From NCBI GenBank assembly GCA_043821645.1, contig JBDRCO010000118.1, positions 32,001-96,000 of the forward strand: 64,000 nucleotides of DNA, given 5' to 3'. This document shows, in pieces, positions 44,215 to 54,144 of the stretch. The position numbers and the translations under genes are program-made. The notes under the pieces are model-generated. The model saw only the letters and a list, made by a program, of their open reading frames with translations. It searched no databases and had not been told where the DNA came from. Within the stretch, counting starts at the first letter, position 1; each line of letters begins with the position of its first letter. Origin of the DNA: Pseudomonadota bacterium. Its GTDB lineage: Bacteria; Myxococcota; JACRCW01; JAFGSX01.

Positions 44215-47200
44215 CTACAGCTTGGCGCTGAGCAGCAACCGCGGCCGGATCTCGCGCACCGGCGTGCAGGGCTCGGCCAGGCACTCGGCGTGGCGGTAGG
44301 CCACGTCGCCGTCGAGGTAGAGGTTGTCACCGAGCTTCCAGATCGCCCCCAGCGAGACCTCGAAGCCCACGGACTGCACGGCGCCCTCGCCCTGGCCAAA
44401 CATGTAGAAAACGCGATCGCGCTGCAGCAAGAACAACGAGCTGTCGGCGCCCTGCCACAGCAGCCTGAGTTCGAGCTCGGGGGTGAGCTGGTGCTGACGG
44501 AAGTCGAGTTCGAGGGCGCGCAGGCTCACCGGATCGAGCTGGACCAGGTCGCGGGTCTCCGCCACCGCGTAGGTGGTCTTGAGCTTGGTCGCGAACATCG
44601 TGCTCCAGCGCATGAGCCACTCGAGTCCGGCCTCGACCCCGAGCAGCTCGCCAAAGTCGCGTGCCGTGGGCGCCAGATCGAGGTCGTTGCGGGTGCGCTC
44701 GAGCACCAGGTCCCAGCGCACAGTCACGGGCGAGGTGTACACGGGCCGGTACACGGCGCGGTTGCGCAGCTCGAGCCGGTGCCGCTGGTCGAGCTGATCC
44801 GCCTGCTGCAACGCCACCTCGTACAGCTGGTACAGCTCCAGCTCGAAGCGGCCCAGGCCGTTGTAGGCCATGCGGTTGTCGACCCGATGCAGGTTGTTGA
44901 GGCTGCTGCGCAGGCCGCTGGTTGCGCGCTCGTCGTGGCCCAGGGCGTAACGCGTATCGAGGACGACGGGCGTCAACGGCGAGAACCACTCGCCCGGAAA
45001 AACGCCCAGGCGCGCCGACACGCTGCCCTGGGAACTGCGCTCGCTGTCTTCCGTGTCGAGGTCGCGCAGGTCGTCGTACAGCACCGCGTAGTTGAGCTGC
45101 GGGATGAGCCCGGGCACGAAGGCCGAGCGCGCTCCGGCATTGAGCTCCCAGTGGTAGGCAGCCAGCTCGAAGGGCTGGCGGACCTCCCGCTGTGAGCGCG
45201 CGGCCCGCGAGCGGAACAGGGCGTAGCCGCTCTCGGTACCCGTGGGCGCCAGCTTGGCCTCGAGGCGACTTGTTTCCACGCGATCGTCCGCGGGTGTCTG
45301 GCAGTTCCCATCGGCGCCCGCAAGCGCCTCGGTGCTGGAGAGAGCGCGGCGGCAATCGAGCTCGCGATCCGCCTCGCTGTAGCCGTACAGACCGCGCAGC
45401 AAGAAGCGCTTCATGTTGAGGAAAGACAGCAGCCCGGTGGCCAGGTCGTACTCGGTCTGGGCCACCGCGCGCAGACGGCGCGTGTTCGCACCCTGGCCGT
45501 CGTCGAGGCGGCTGTGGCCAAGCTGCAAGGTGGTGGCAGGCAAGGCCTCGTGGGCGAGCTGCACGCGGCCGATCAGATGCTCCACCGCGGCGGTCTGGGC
45601 CCCGTCGTCAAGGCGCGAGATCTGGCGGCTGTAAAACAGCGAGGTGGGTAGCCAGCGCGCCGGATAGGCGGTGGCGTTCAGGCGCTCCTCGTCGTGCAGG
45701 CGGCCGTACAGGGTGCGGTCGCTCATCACCGGCGCGAAGTCCTCGCTCTGGTAGCGTCCCTGGGCGCTGCCCTCGACATAGGGGTGGCTCAGGCGCACCC
45801 GGCCCAGCGCCGCCCAGCCCGGATTCCGCGTTCGTGTCAGGTCCTGGCTGGCCGCAGCCTCGCCGGAGGCCACCACCTGGCCGCGCTGGCCCAGGCTGCG
45901 CTCCAGGCGCCCATCCACGGCGCTCTGCCACAGCCGCCGCGGTGTGGCGTCGAGCGTGGGGTCCTCGAGTCCCTGCAGCGTCAGGGCGCGGGCGCCGAGC
46001 TCGACCCCGTCGACAGGACGCAGGGCCAACCGACTCTGCACGATGAGCTCGCGCAGGGCATCGACCTCGTGGGCTCCCGCCTTTTCACCGCGCTCCACCA
46101 CCTGCAGGGCGAACAGCTTGATGGATTGCTTGGCGGCGTCGGTCTTGTCGTCGATGGACAGCTCGACGTAGTAGCTCTGGCTCAGCGCCTTGACCGCGTA
46201 GCTGGAGGCCAGCCCCACGTCGAGCACCATGTCCGGACGCTCGGCCACGGGTTCGCGTGCCGGCGGCAGGTCGTAGTCGTACAGCTCGCGCGCGTTGTCG
46301 GCATCGCCCATGTCATGAATGGCCAGCGCCAGGGTGCGCGAGGCCTGCCGATATTCGGCGTAGACGCTGCGCACCCAGCCGCGGTCGATGTACTTGGGCG
46401 CCGCGCCGTCGATCTGGGCGTACAGCCCGGTCTCCTCGTTGACCAGGGTCGGCTGGCCCGAGCGCACCCAGCCGCCGACCTCGCGATCCGCGGGCACCAG
46501 ATCCAGGATGGACACCACCCCCAGTCCCTTCTTGGGCACCAGGTCCACCTCGTACTCGACCTCGATCACGCTCAGGTCGTCGACCCGTTCCGGATCCAGG
46601 AAGGCGAGCTGCCCCGCGGGATAGATCAGGGTGTAGTCGGTGCCGGCGATGAGCAGCTCACCGTCGACGTAGACGCGCTCGCTCAGAGGGATGACGTAGG
46701 TGTTGCTGAGGCTGTAGATCTCCTGCCTCACACCCGTCAGCACCTCGCGCACGCTGAGGCCGCGGCTCAGGCCACCGTCCACCTCGACCTGCAGTGCCTT
46801 GGAGCGAGCCTCCAGCCGCGCGCCACCGCCCTCGACGGTGAAGGGCCGCTCCAGGCCCTCCTCGATGCCCTGCACCCTGTGCATGTCATCGATCTGCACC
46901 TCGCGCAGCAGCTCGCCCGGCGCCGCCAGATACTCGCCGTGAAAGCTGCGATCGCGAATGCCGGGTAGCTCCAGCTCGCCGTAGTCCAGGTTGGCGGAGA
47001 GGTCGAGAGCCCGACCTTGCGGGCCCTGGTAGCCAAGCCCCGCTCCCGCCGTCAGGGTGGCAAAGCGCTCGTCGCCCAGCTCGGGCACGGTCAGGTCCGC
47101 GGGCATCTCAGCGTCGAAGCTGCTCTGCAGCTGCCAGGTGACGCGGTGCGCATCCTCCTCGGCCTGGCCCTCGGTGACCTCGAGAGAACGCGACAGCCAC

Positions 47201-48231
47201 AGGTCACGCTGGATGTCGTAGACCTCGGCCCCATCCTCGAACAGCAGCAGCAGGCGACCGCCATTGAGCACCGTTCCAAGGGCACCTGCCTCGCGCGCCA
47301 GGCCATCGGCGGCAGTGAAGCGACGGATGGTGCGCTTGTCCTTGTGCACCTGCACCAGCTCGCGGTCGGTGGCGATGAACAGGTAGTCGGTAAAAGTCTC
47401 GACGCCGACGATGCGGCGACCTTCGAGGGCGCTTTGCTGTACGAAGGGCACCAGGGTGTCGCTGGCCGTCTCGAAGGATACCAGGCCGTTCTCGTGACCT
47501 ATCCAGATGCGCTCGCCATCAGGGACAAACACGCCCAGCTCGAGGCCCCCGAGCTCGTCGTGGCTCAGGTTGGTGAACTGCCGCGTGGCCACGCGATAAC
47601 GGCTGAGGCCCTGATCCGTGACCGCCCACAGATCATCCCCGAAGCGGAACAGCTCGAGCACCTCGTCGCCACCCAGCCCCTGTTCTGCACCGTAGGGCCG
47701 CAGTCCGTCGACGTCGGGATCGTACACGGCGAGACCGGCGCGGGTGGCCACCCACACCTGGCGACCCACCAGCAGCAGATCGTTAACCGCCCGGTGCGGC
47801 AGTCCCTCGGCCTCGCCGTAAACGCGCAGGCTGCGGTCCACCTTGCGGTAGCGCACCAGGCCCTTGTTGGTGCCGAACCACACGTACGCGTCGTCGACCA
47901 CCACGCTGGACACCGCCTGGCTGGGCAGCCCCTCGTCCATGCTCAGGGTGCCGGCACGACGGCTCTCGCTCTCGAAGCGCACCACGCCGTCATCGGTGGC
48001 GATCCAGATGGTGCGACCATCGGCAGCCAGAGCATTGACCTGATCTGGCGCCGCGAACACGCTGAAGCGATCCCGGGCCTGGTGCACGAAACGATCGCCG
48101 GCGCCCAGCCACACACCCTCGCGGGCATCGAGGGCGAACTCGGGCATGCGCGCTGCGACCGCCGGCGCAAGCAGCAGCGCGGCGCACAGCGAGCTCAGGG
48201 ACGACGCACGGGTCAGGTATCGGTATGGCAC
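44215..48231 (-). CDS. large predicted outer-membrane protein: N-terminal ligand-binding-type beta-propeller plus beta-barrel
   Basis: Signal peptide. Repeats such as GLP...V..V..D...VWFGT..GLVRY. SERVYVDG..L..G.DY...Y..GQL motif. Long run of amphipathic beta-strands to the C-terminus. Confidence 0.7.
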   Translation of the reverse strand: MPYRYLTRASSLSSLCAALLLAPAVAARMPEFALDAREGVWLGAGDRFVHQARDRFSVFAAPDQVNALAADGRTIWIATDDGVVRFESESRRAGTLSMDEGLPSQAVSSVVVDDAYVWFGTNKGLVRYRKVDRSLRVYGEAEGLPHRAVNDLLLVGRQVWVATRAGLAVYDPDVDGLRPYGAEQGLGGDEVLELFRFGDDLWAVTDQGLSRYRVATRQFTNLSHDELGGLELGVFVPDGERIWIGHENGLVSFETASDTLVPFVQQSALEGRRIVGVETFTDYLFIATDRELVQVHKDKRTIRRFTAADGLAREAGALGTVLNGGRLLLLFEDGAEVYDIQRDLWLSRSLEVTEGQAEEDAHRVTWQLQSSFDAEMPADLTVPELGDERFATLTAGAGLGYQGPQGRALDLSANLDYGELELPGIRDRSFHGEYLAAPGELLREVQIDDMHRVQGIEEGLERPFTVEGGGARLEARSKALQVEVDGGLSRGLSVREVLTGVRQEIYSLSNTYVIPLSERVYVDGELLIAGTDYTLIYPAGQLAFLDPERVDDLSVIEVEYEVDLVPKKGLGVVSILDLVPADREVGGWVRSGQPTLVNEETGLYAQIDGAAPKYIDRGWVRSVYAEYRQASRTLALAIHDMGDADNARELYDYDLPPAREPVAERPDMVLDVGLASSYAVKALSQSYYVELSIDDKTDAAKQSIKLFALQVVERGEKAGAHEVDALRELIVQSRLALRPVDGVELGARALTLQGLEDPTLDATPRRLWQSAVDGRLERSLGQRGQVVASGEAAASQDLTRTRNPGWAALGRVRLSHPYVEGSAQGRYQSEDFAPVMSDRTLYGRLHDEERLNATAYPARWLPTSLFYSRQISRLDDGAQTAAVEHLIGRVQLAHEALPATTLQLGHSRLDDGQGANTRRLRAVAQTEYDLATGLLSFLNMKRFLLRGLYGYSEADRELDCRRALSSTEALAGADGNCQTPADDRVETSRLEAKLAPTGTESGYALFRSRAARSQREVRQPFELAAYHWELNAGARSAFVPGLIPQLNYAVLYDDLRDLDTEDSERSSQGSVSARLGVFPGEWFSPLTPVVLDTRYALGHDERATSGLRSSLNNLHRVDNRMAYNGLGRFELELYQLYEVALQQADQLDQRHRLELRNRAVYRPVYTSPVTVRWDLVLERTRNDLDLAPTARDFGELLGVEAGLEWLMRWSTMFATKLKTTYAVAETRDLVQLDPVSLRALELDFRQHQLTPELELRLLWQGADSSLFLLQRDRVFYMFGQGEGAVQSVGFEVSLGAIWKLGDNLYLDGDVAYRHAECLAEPCTPVREIRPRLLLSAKL

Positions 48232-48250
48232 GTCGCCATTCTACGTGCGG

Positions 48251-49927
48251 CTAGGGGCGGGTTCCAGATCCTCTCGGTGCCGATGTTCCCTCGACAGCGG
48301 CCCGCACCACCTCGCGCAGCGTGGCGAGCTGGAAGGGTTTCTGCAAGAAGCCCGCGAGCCCCTTGCCGGTGAAGTGCCGCGTGGCGTCCTGCTCGTTGTA
48401 ACCGCTGACCAGGATCACCGGAGCCGGGCAGCTCCGGGCGCGCAGCTCCCGAAAGGTCTCCTCGCCATTGAGCCTGGGCATGGTCATGTCGAGGACGATC
48501 AGGGTGATGCGATCGCGAAGCGCGTCGAAGAGCTGCAAGGCGCGCTCGCCGTCCTCGGCCTGCTGCACCTCGTAGCCCAAGCGTCTGAGCATGCGCTCAC
48601 CCACCTCGCGCACCATGGGCTCGTCGTCCACCAGCAAGCACAGACCTGTGCCGCGCCAGACCTCGTCGTGGACCTGCGCGATCTGGTGGCGCACCTGCTG
48701 GTCGCTCGCCGGCAACAGGATCTTGAAGCTGCTGCCCTGGCCGGGCTCGGAGTAAACCTTGATGGTGCCGCGGTGTCCGCGCACGATGCCGAGCACCGCA
48801 GCCAGGCCGAGGCCTCGACCCGTGAACTTGGTGGTGAAGAAGGGGTCAAAGAGCCGCTGTCGCGTCGCGGCGTCCATGCCGACCCCACTGTCGGACACCT
48901 CGAGGAACACGTAGCGGCCCGCCGGTAGAGCTTCATTGAGCGCGATGCTGCGCAGGTAGCTCTCGTCGCAGTCCATGACGCCGGTGGCCAGGGTGATGGC
49001 ACCGTTGCGATCGCCAACCGCCTCGGAGGCATTGATGATGAGGTTGAGCACCACCTGCCGCAGCTGGGTTGCATCGGCCTCGACCGCGGGGAGCTCCTCT
49101 TTGAGCTCGTAGCGCAGCGCTACCTTGCGCGCGATGCTGACGCGCAGGATCTGCCCCATGCGCTGCACCAGGTCACTCAGGTCCACGGGTTCGACGACGA
49201 AGCGCCCCTTGCCGGCGTAGGCCAGCAGCTGGCGACACAGCTCGGTGGCGCGCTGGGCGCTCTCACGCAGGGGCTCCAGGGCCTCGCGCGCGGGGTGGCG
49301 ATCGGGAATGTCCAGCAAGGCCAGATCCGCGCCTCCCAGGATCCCGCACAGCAGATTGTTGAAGTCGTGGGCGATGCCACCCGCGAGCATGCCCAGGCTC
49401 TCGAGCTTCTGCGCCTGCTGCAGCTTGGCCTCGAGGACCCGATGCTCGGCCTCGGCGCGCTTGCGCTCGGTGATGTCCAGAAACTGCGTGGCCATGCGCC
49501 CGGGTACAATCTGAAAGGCGTAGACCTCGTAGGCACCCGTGATGTGTTGATCTTCGTACACGATGTTCTCGGTGGACCAGCGTGTGCCATCCCGCGCTGC
49601 AGCGCGGTAACGCTCGGGCACTTCGGTGCCGCGCAGCGACGGAAAGGCCTCCTCGATGTCGAGACCGACGAACTGGGCGTGATCCACCCCGAGGATGCGA
49701 TCCGCCGCGGCGTTGGCGCCACTGAAGATCAGCCGGTTGTCGTCGTGCAGGGCGTACAGGTGCAGCCCCATGGGCGAGGCCTCGAGCACGCTGCGCAGGT
49801 GCGCCTCGCTGACACTCCCGGGCAGGCCCGAGTCCTCCCCAAGGACGGCGTGGAGCTGGTCGAGCTCGTCTTGCAGCCGGGCGACGCGCGACACCAGGTC
49901 CGGGTGTTGGTCTTTCGGGACAGTCAC
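48251..49927 (-). CDS. PAS-domain hybrid sensor histidine kinase/response regulator (CckA-like)
   Basis: DITERK, AHDFNNLL (H-box), NL..NA, D.G.GM, PFFTTK..GRGLGL, receiver domain LVDDE...LDMTMP...KPF. Confidence 0.95.
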   Translation of the reverse strand: MTVPKDQHPDLVSRVARLQDELDQLHAVLGEDSGLPGSVSEAHLRSVLEASPMGLHLYALHDDNRLIFSGANAAADRILGVDHAQFVGLDIEEAFPSLRGTEVPERYRAAARDGTRWSTENIVYEDQHITGAYEVYAFQIVPGRMATQFLDITERKRAEAEHRVLEAKLQQAQKLESLGMLAGGIAHDFNNLLCGILGGADLALLDIPDRHPAREALEPLRESAQRATELCRQLLAYAGKGRFVVEPVDLSDLVQRMGQILRVSIARKVALRYELKEELPAVEADATQLRQVVLNLIINASEAVGDRNGAITLATGVMDCDESYLRSIALNEALPAGRYVFLEVSDSGVGMDAATRQRLFDPFFTTKFTGRGLGLAAVLGIVRGHRGTIKVYSEPGQGSSFKILLPASDQQVRHQIAQVHDEVWRGTGLCLLVDDEPMVREVGERMLRRLGYEVQQAEDGERALQLFDALRDRITLIVLDMTMPRLNGEETFRELRARSCPAPVILVSGYNEQDATRHFTGKGLAGFLQKPFQLATLREVVRAAVEGTSAPRGSGTRP

Positions 49928-50072
49928 GAGCCCCCCAAGGCATCGTAGAACTCGACAGACCGGGGCAGCCTAGCGCGGCGCCCTGACACCATGCAAGGCC
50001 ACCTGGCGAGGGCGGAACGCGTCCAGCAGCTGTTGCCTCGACGCGGTCCTTTTGCGTCGCTACAATGCCGCC

Positions 50073-52259
50073 GTGGCACAGGACAGCGAGCAGTACAACG
50101 CCCCCATCCGCCCTGGCAGCCAGCTCGGACGCTTCGAGATCCTGCGCGCTTTGGGCAAGGGTGGCATGGGCGCCGTGTTCCTGGCCCGGGACACCCTGCT
50201 CGACGTGCCCGTGGCGCTCAAGGTGCTCAATCCCTCTCTCGCCGAGGGTGAAGGTCTGGAGCGCTTCCGGCGCGAGGTGCTGCTGGCGCGGCGGGTGACC
50301 CATCCCGGGGTCTGCCGCCTGTTCGACATGCACAGCGACAGCGGTGTGTTCTACCTGTCCATGGAATACATCGAGGGCCCGACCTTGCAGCAGGTCCTGC
50401 GCGAGGTGGGTCTGCTGCCCCCGGCCCTGGCCGTGTCCATGCTGCGCGCAGCCTGCCTGGCCATGGCCGCGGCCCACGGTCACGACGTGGTGCACCGGGA
50501 TCTCAAGCCCGGCAACATGATCGTTCGCGGTGCCGCGCGCGTCGCCATCCTGGACTTCGGCCTGTCCAAGGCCCGCGACACGCGCAACATCACCGCCGCG
50601 GGCTACCAGGTCGGTACCGTCCATTACATGTCGCCAGAAGTGGTGCGTGGCGAAGAGGCGGACAAGCGCAGCGACATCTACTCGCTGGGGGTGATGCTGT
50701 ACGAGTGCTTGACCGGACGCTTGCCCTTCGAGGGCAACAACATCCTCGATTTGCAGCTCAACATCGTCGACGGACGGGCCGTGCCGCCGCGGCAGTTCGT
50801 GCCCGGGCTCCCCGCAAACCTGGAGCAGATCATCCAGCAGGCCATGCAGCGCGATCCCGCGCAGCGCTTCACCACCTGCGACGCTTTGGAGCGCGCCCTG
50901 TCATCGCAGGATCTGGGCTCGCCCGAGCAGGCCTGGGCCTCGCTTGGCCACAGCACTATCCTGGCCAAGCTTCCTGGCGAGGAAACTTCGGTGGTGAGCT
51001 CCAGCCCGGACCTGGGCGCGGATCCCGAGGAGGCGCGCGCCACCGAGGCGCCTTCGGCCCCGCCACCCAGTGTCGCCGCGGCCGTGGCGTCGACACGCAG
51101 CTCGACCGCGGTGGACCCCGAAGAGAAGCGCTCCACCCTCGCCTCCTCGGAGCTGGCCATCCCGGTGCAGCGCAGCGGGTCATCCACGCTGCGCAGCCGG
51201 GCCGAGACCCTGCCGAGCGTGGATGAGGACGAGGATCCCGAGGCCACACGGCCGACCCTGATCGAGTCAGGGGTGTTCGCGGACCCGGCCGGCACGCTCA
51301 CACAGCCAGATCGCACCCGGCCACAGCTGCCCGGTTTCGCCCCACCCGCGTCCGCCTCACCGCAACCGGTGCTGCCTGCTGCCGCAGGTCCGCCATCACA
51401 GACCACAGAGCGCGTGCTGCGCCCCGGGGTACGTCTGCCGGAGGCCGCGTCGAACCGAAAATGGTTTGTGGCCAGTGCCGCGCTCATCGTCAGCGTGGGC
51501 GTGACGCTCGGCCTGGTGCTGGGGGACGGGGGCGGAACGCCCGCCCCGGTCGAAGCACCCACCGTCGTGGCCGAGGATCCTGCGATGATTGCCGAGCGAC
51601 CGCTGCCTGGACCGACGCCGTCGACCAACCAGCCCTCCCTGCCTCAGCGCCCCGAGATCACACCCGAGCCGAACCCTGATTCACCCCCCCGGGACAGCAC
51701 AGCGCCCACCAAACACGGCCAGACTCCTGCACCGCCGCGCCCTCTTCGAGGATCGCCGGACCCCGGTCACCAGCGACCACCAAAGCCCGAGCCCACGACG
51801 CCTCCGGTCTCGGACCTCGCGCCGCCGCTGGTGCCCGTGTCCGACGCTCCACCCCTCGCCATCGACGACGTGCAGAGCAAGGCTGCATCCCGACGAGATC
51901 GCATCCAGGACGTGCAGCGCACGGTGCGTGAGGCCCTGCACAGTCGCAGCATCCGGCGCGGCGACGACATTGCGCTGGACGGCGCGCTGCGCGAGCTGGA
52001 TGCCGCCATCGGTGCGGACAACCTCGACGCTGTCGCGCAAGCCGGCGATCGTGCGCTCAGGGCGCTGAAGGCGGTGGCGATCAACAAGAGATTCGTCGAC
52101 GCCAAGCTGGATCGCTACAACACGCGCATCGGGAACAGGTTAGAGGGCTGGCCAAACGCCTTGTCCGGGGCAATCATGGAGGCCATGGACGCACAGAACT
52201 ACGAGAAGGCGAACCGTCTCCTCAGCAAGGGCATGCAGAACCTGGACGAGGGACGATGA
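50073..52259 (+). CDS. membrane-anchored Ser/Thr protein kinase (Pkn2-like)
   Basis: LGKGGMGAV, VALKVL, HRDLKPGN, DFGL, GT..YMSPE, SDIYSLG. One TM helix and a Pro-rich C-region. Start at GTG 50073. Confidence 0.93.
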   Translation: MAQDSEQYNAPIRPGSQLGRFEILRALGKGGMGAVFLARDTLLDVPVALKVLNPSLAEGEGLERFRREVLLARRVTHPGVCRLFDMHSDSGVFYLSMEYIEGPTLQQVLREVGLLPPALAVSMLRAACLAMAAAHGHDVVHRDLKPGNMIVRGAARVAILDFGLSKARDTRNITAAGYQVGTVHYMSPEVVRGEEADKRSDIYSLGVMLYECLTGRLPFEGNNILDLQLNIVDGRAVPPRQFVPGLPANLEQIIQQAMQRDPAQRFTTCDALERALSSQDLGSPEQAWASLGHSTILAKLPGEETSVVSSSPDLGADPEEARATEAPSAPPPSVAAAVASTRSSTAVDPEEKRSTLASSELAIPVQRSGSSTLRSRAETLPSVDEDEDPEATRPTLIESGVFADPAGTLTQPDRTRPQLPGFAPPASASPQPVLPAAAGPPSQTTERVLRPGVRLPEAASNRKWFVASAALIVSVGVTLGLVLGDGGGTPAPVEAPTVVAEDPAMIAERPLPGPTPSTNQPSLPQRPEITPEPNPDSPPRDSTAPTKHGQTPAPPRPLRGSPDPGHQRPPKPEPTTPPVSDLAPPLVPVSDAPPLAIDDVQSKAASRRDRIQDVQRTVREALHSRSIRRGDDIALDGALRELDAAIGADNLDAVAQAGDRALRALKAVAINKRFVDAKLDRYNTRIGNRLEGWPNALSGAIMEAMDAQNYEKANRLLSKGMQNLDEGR

Positions 52260-53089
52260 CGATGCTGGTCCTGGCCGCACTGCTCGCAGGTCTGACCCTG
52301 GCACCGTCCGCCACCGCCGCCTCGCCGCGCATGGCCCTGGTGCTGACCCGCGCCCAGGGTCTGAACCACGTCGAACAGCAGAGCCTGCGCAACTCTCTGG
52401 CCGAATCGCTGGTGATGTACGGAGCCAAGGTCAGGCCATCGAGCCTGACCAGTGCTCTGGCGGCCTCGTGCATCGAAGAGGCAGCCTGCGCCAGGGATGC
52501 GGCCAGGGGGCTCGAGGTCGATGCCATCCTCGACGTGCGCGCCCTGCGTGTCGGCCCGACCCTGCGCCTGACCTACCGCGTCGTGGCCGGACCCAGTGGC
52601 GACCTGGTCGAGGAATTGCGATCCACCGGCCAGGCCAGCGATCCGACGAGCGAACTGGCCGTGCACGAGGCCCTGCAGCGCGCGGTGGCCATCGCCCGGG
52701 ACTACACGCCGCCGGATCTCGTCGACACGCCGCCACCCGCTGCCGTCGCCCCCCCAACGGATCCGGTGGCACCGGACGCCCCCGTGCCACGAGCTCCCGA
52801 GGTCAGCACGGGACCGGGCCTGACCCTGACCAGCTTGTGGCGTTCGCTGGCCTGGTCCAGCGCTGGCCTCGGCGCCGGCCTGGTGCTGGGCGGCGTGGGC
52901 AGCGGCTTGCTCAGCGCCCTGGCGCTCTCCGAGCAGGACCTGTGTCAGGCCAGCGCGTGCGCCGATCAGGCCATGCTCGACGTGCGTACGCGCCGCCTGG
53001 CCCTCAGCGCCAGCTTGCTGATCGCGGGGGGAGCAGTGTTCGGCGCCACGGGAGCTGGGCTCCTGCTGTTCGTCCTCGATGGTGAGTAA
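52256..53089 (+). CDS. secreted/membrane hypothetical protein coupled to the kinase
   Basis: ATGA overlap with the kinase stop. Signal peptide, C...AC..D.AR.L..D motif, C-terminal Gly-rich hydrophobic hairpin. Confidence 0.7.
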   Translation: MTMLVLAALLAGLTLAPSATAASPRMALVLTRAQGLNHVEQQSLRNSLAESLVMYGAKVRPSSLTSALAASCIEEAACARDAARGLEVDAILDVRALRVGPTLRLTYRVVAGPSGDLVEELRSTGQASDPTSELAVHEALQRAVAIARDYTPPDLVDTPPPAAVAPPTDPVAPDAPVPRAPEVSTGPGLTLTSLWRSLAWSSAGLGAGLVLGGVGSGLLSALALSEQDLCQASACADQAMLDVRTRRLALSASLLIAGGAVFGATGAGLLLFVLDGE

Positions 53090-53130
53090 GCGCGTCTGGG
53101 TCGACCCTCAGCAGCGCGGAGCGAGGGTGT

Positions 53131-54051
53131 TCAGACCTTGACGGTGTGGACCTTGAGCGCGTCCACATCGGTTCGCCCCACCCCGTCCTGGCCTGCGAGC
53201 TGTATGTGCCGGGCATCCGCCAGGGTCATCTGCCTGTTGTTGAAACGCGCCACGCGCAAGGCATAAGCGTCCACCGCCACCACGTCGGTACCAGCGACCA
53301 TGCGCCCGGGGGTGGCGGTCTCGCCAGGTCCGGCCGGTCCATTGGTCAGCAGCGCCCGCGTGGCGTCGACGATGGTGAGCTGCGGCACGATGGCCTTGCC
53401 CAGGTCGGCCACGCCCTGGTGCAGGTCGAACATGGTGTGAAAGACCTTGCGATCGTAGATCAGGCCCATCGCGTTCTTGAGCCCCAGCGACACGCCGGTC
53501 TCGTTGTGCGCCTTGGCCGCGGGCAGGTTGATGAGCACGTCAGCGCTGAGCACGGCCTTGGCGACCTCGACCTCCTTGAGCACCTTGCCGCCCTTGACCT
53601 GTCGCTTCTTGAAGTCGGCCTTGCCGGCCAGCAGCTTGATCTTGACCTCGGGAAGGGCTGCCAGGGCCGCGGTGAGACCGCAGCGGTCCAGGCACTTGTC
53701 GGCCTTGGCCTGGGGATACTCAACCACGGTGACGCTCTTGGCTCCGGCCTCCAGACACAGCTTCGCCACGGCAGCGACGGTGGCAGGGTGGGTGGTACAG
53801 GCCCAGTCCGGCGGGTTGGCAAAGGCCGCGTTGGGCTTGAGCACGACATGATCGCCCTTGCGCACGAAGCGCCCCATGCCGCCAAGAGCCTTCACCGCGG
53901 CCTGCACCATGGTCGCGGGATCGCTGCCGCTGACGTCGACCAGATCGGGATGTGCCGGAGCTGCCCACAGCTTGCGCCAGGGGGTGAGCACCGCCACAGC
54001 CAGAGAACCCACGGAGATACCCAGAAACTGTCGTCGATGCCACCTGCTCAT
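53131..54051 (-). CDS. DUF362 domain protein with a Tat signal
   Basis: HRRQFLG twin-arginine motif. V..GD.V.LKPN, T.P, LINLP.AK.H, SLGLKN.MG, D.VAVD. Confidence 0.88.
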   Translation of the reverse strand: MSRWHRRQFLGISVGSLAVAVLTPWRKLWAAPAHPDLVDVSGSDPATMVQAAVKALGGMGRFVRKGDHVVLKPNAAFANPPDWACTTHPATVAAVAKLCLEAGAKSVTVVEYPQAKADKCLDRCGLTAALAALPEVKIKLLAGKADFKKRQVKGGKVLKEVEVAKAVLSADVLINLPAAKAHNETGVSLGLKNAMGLIYDRKVFHTMFDLHQGVADLGKAIVPQLTIVDATRALLTNGPAGPGETATPGRMVAGTDVVAVDAYALRVARFNNRQMTLADARHIQLAGQDGVGRTDVDALKVHTVKV

Positions 54052-54144
54052 GCGCTGTCCTCGCCCCCACGAGATGAACCTATTGAGGATAGCGCACGCT
54101 GGCGCGAGCTGCACGCAGCCCGGCACAGGCCTGGTCGCGGATAC

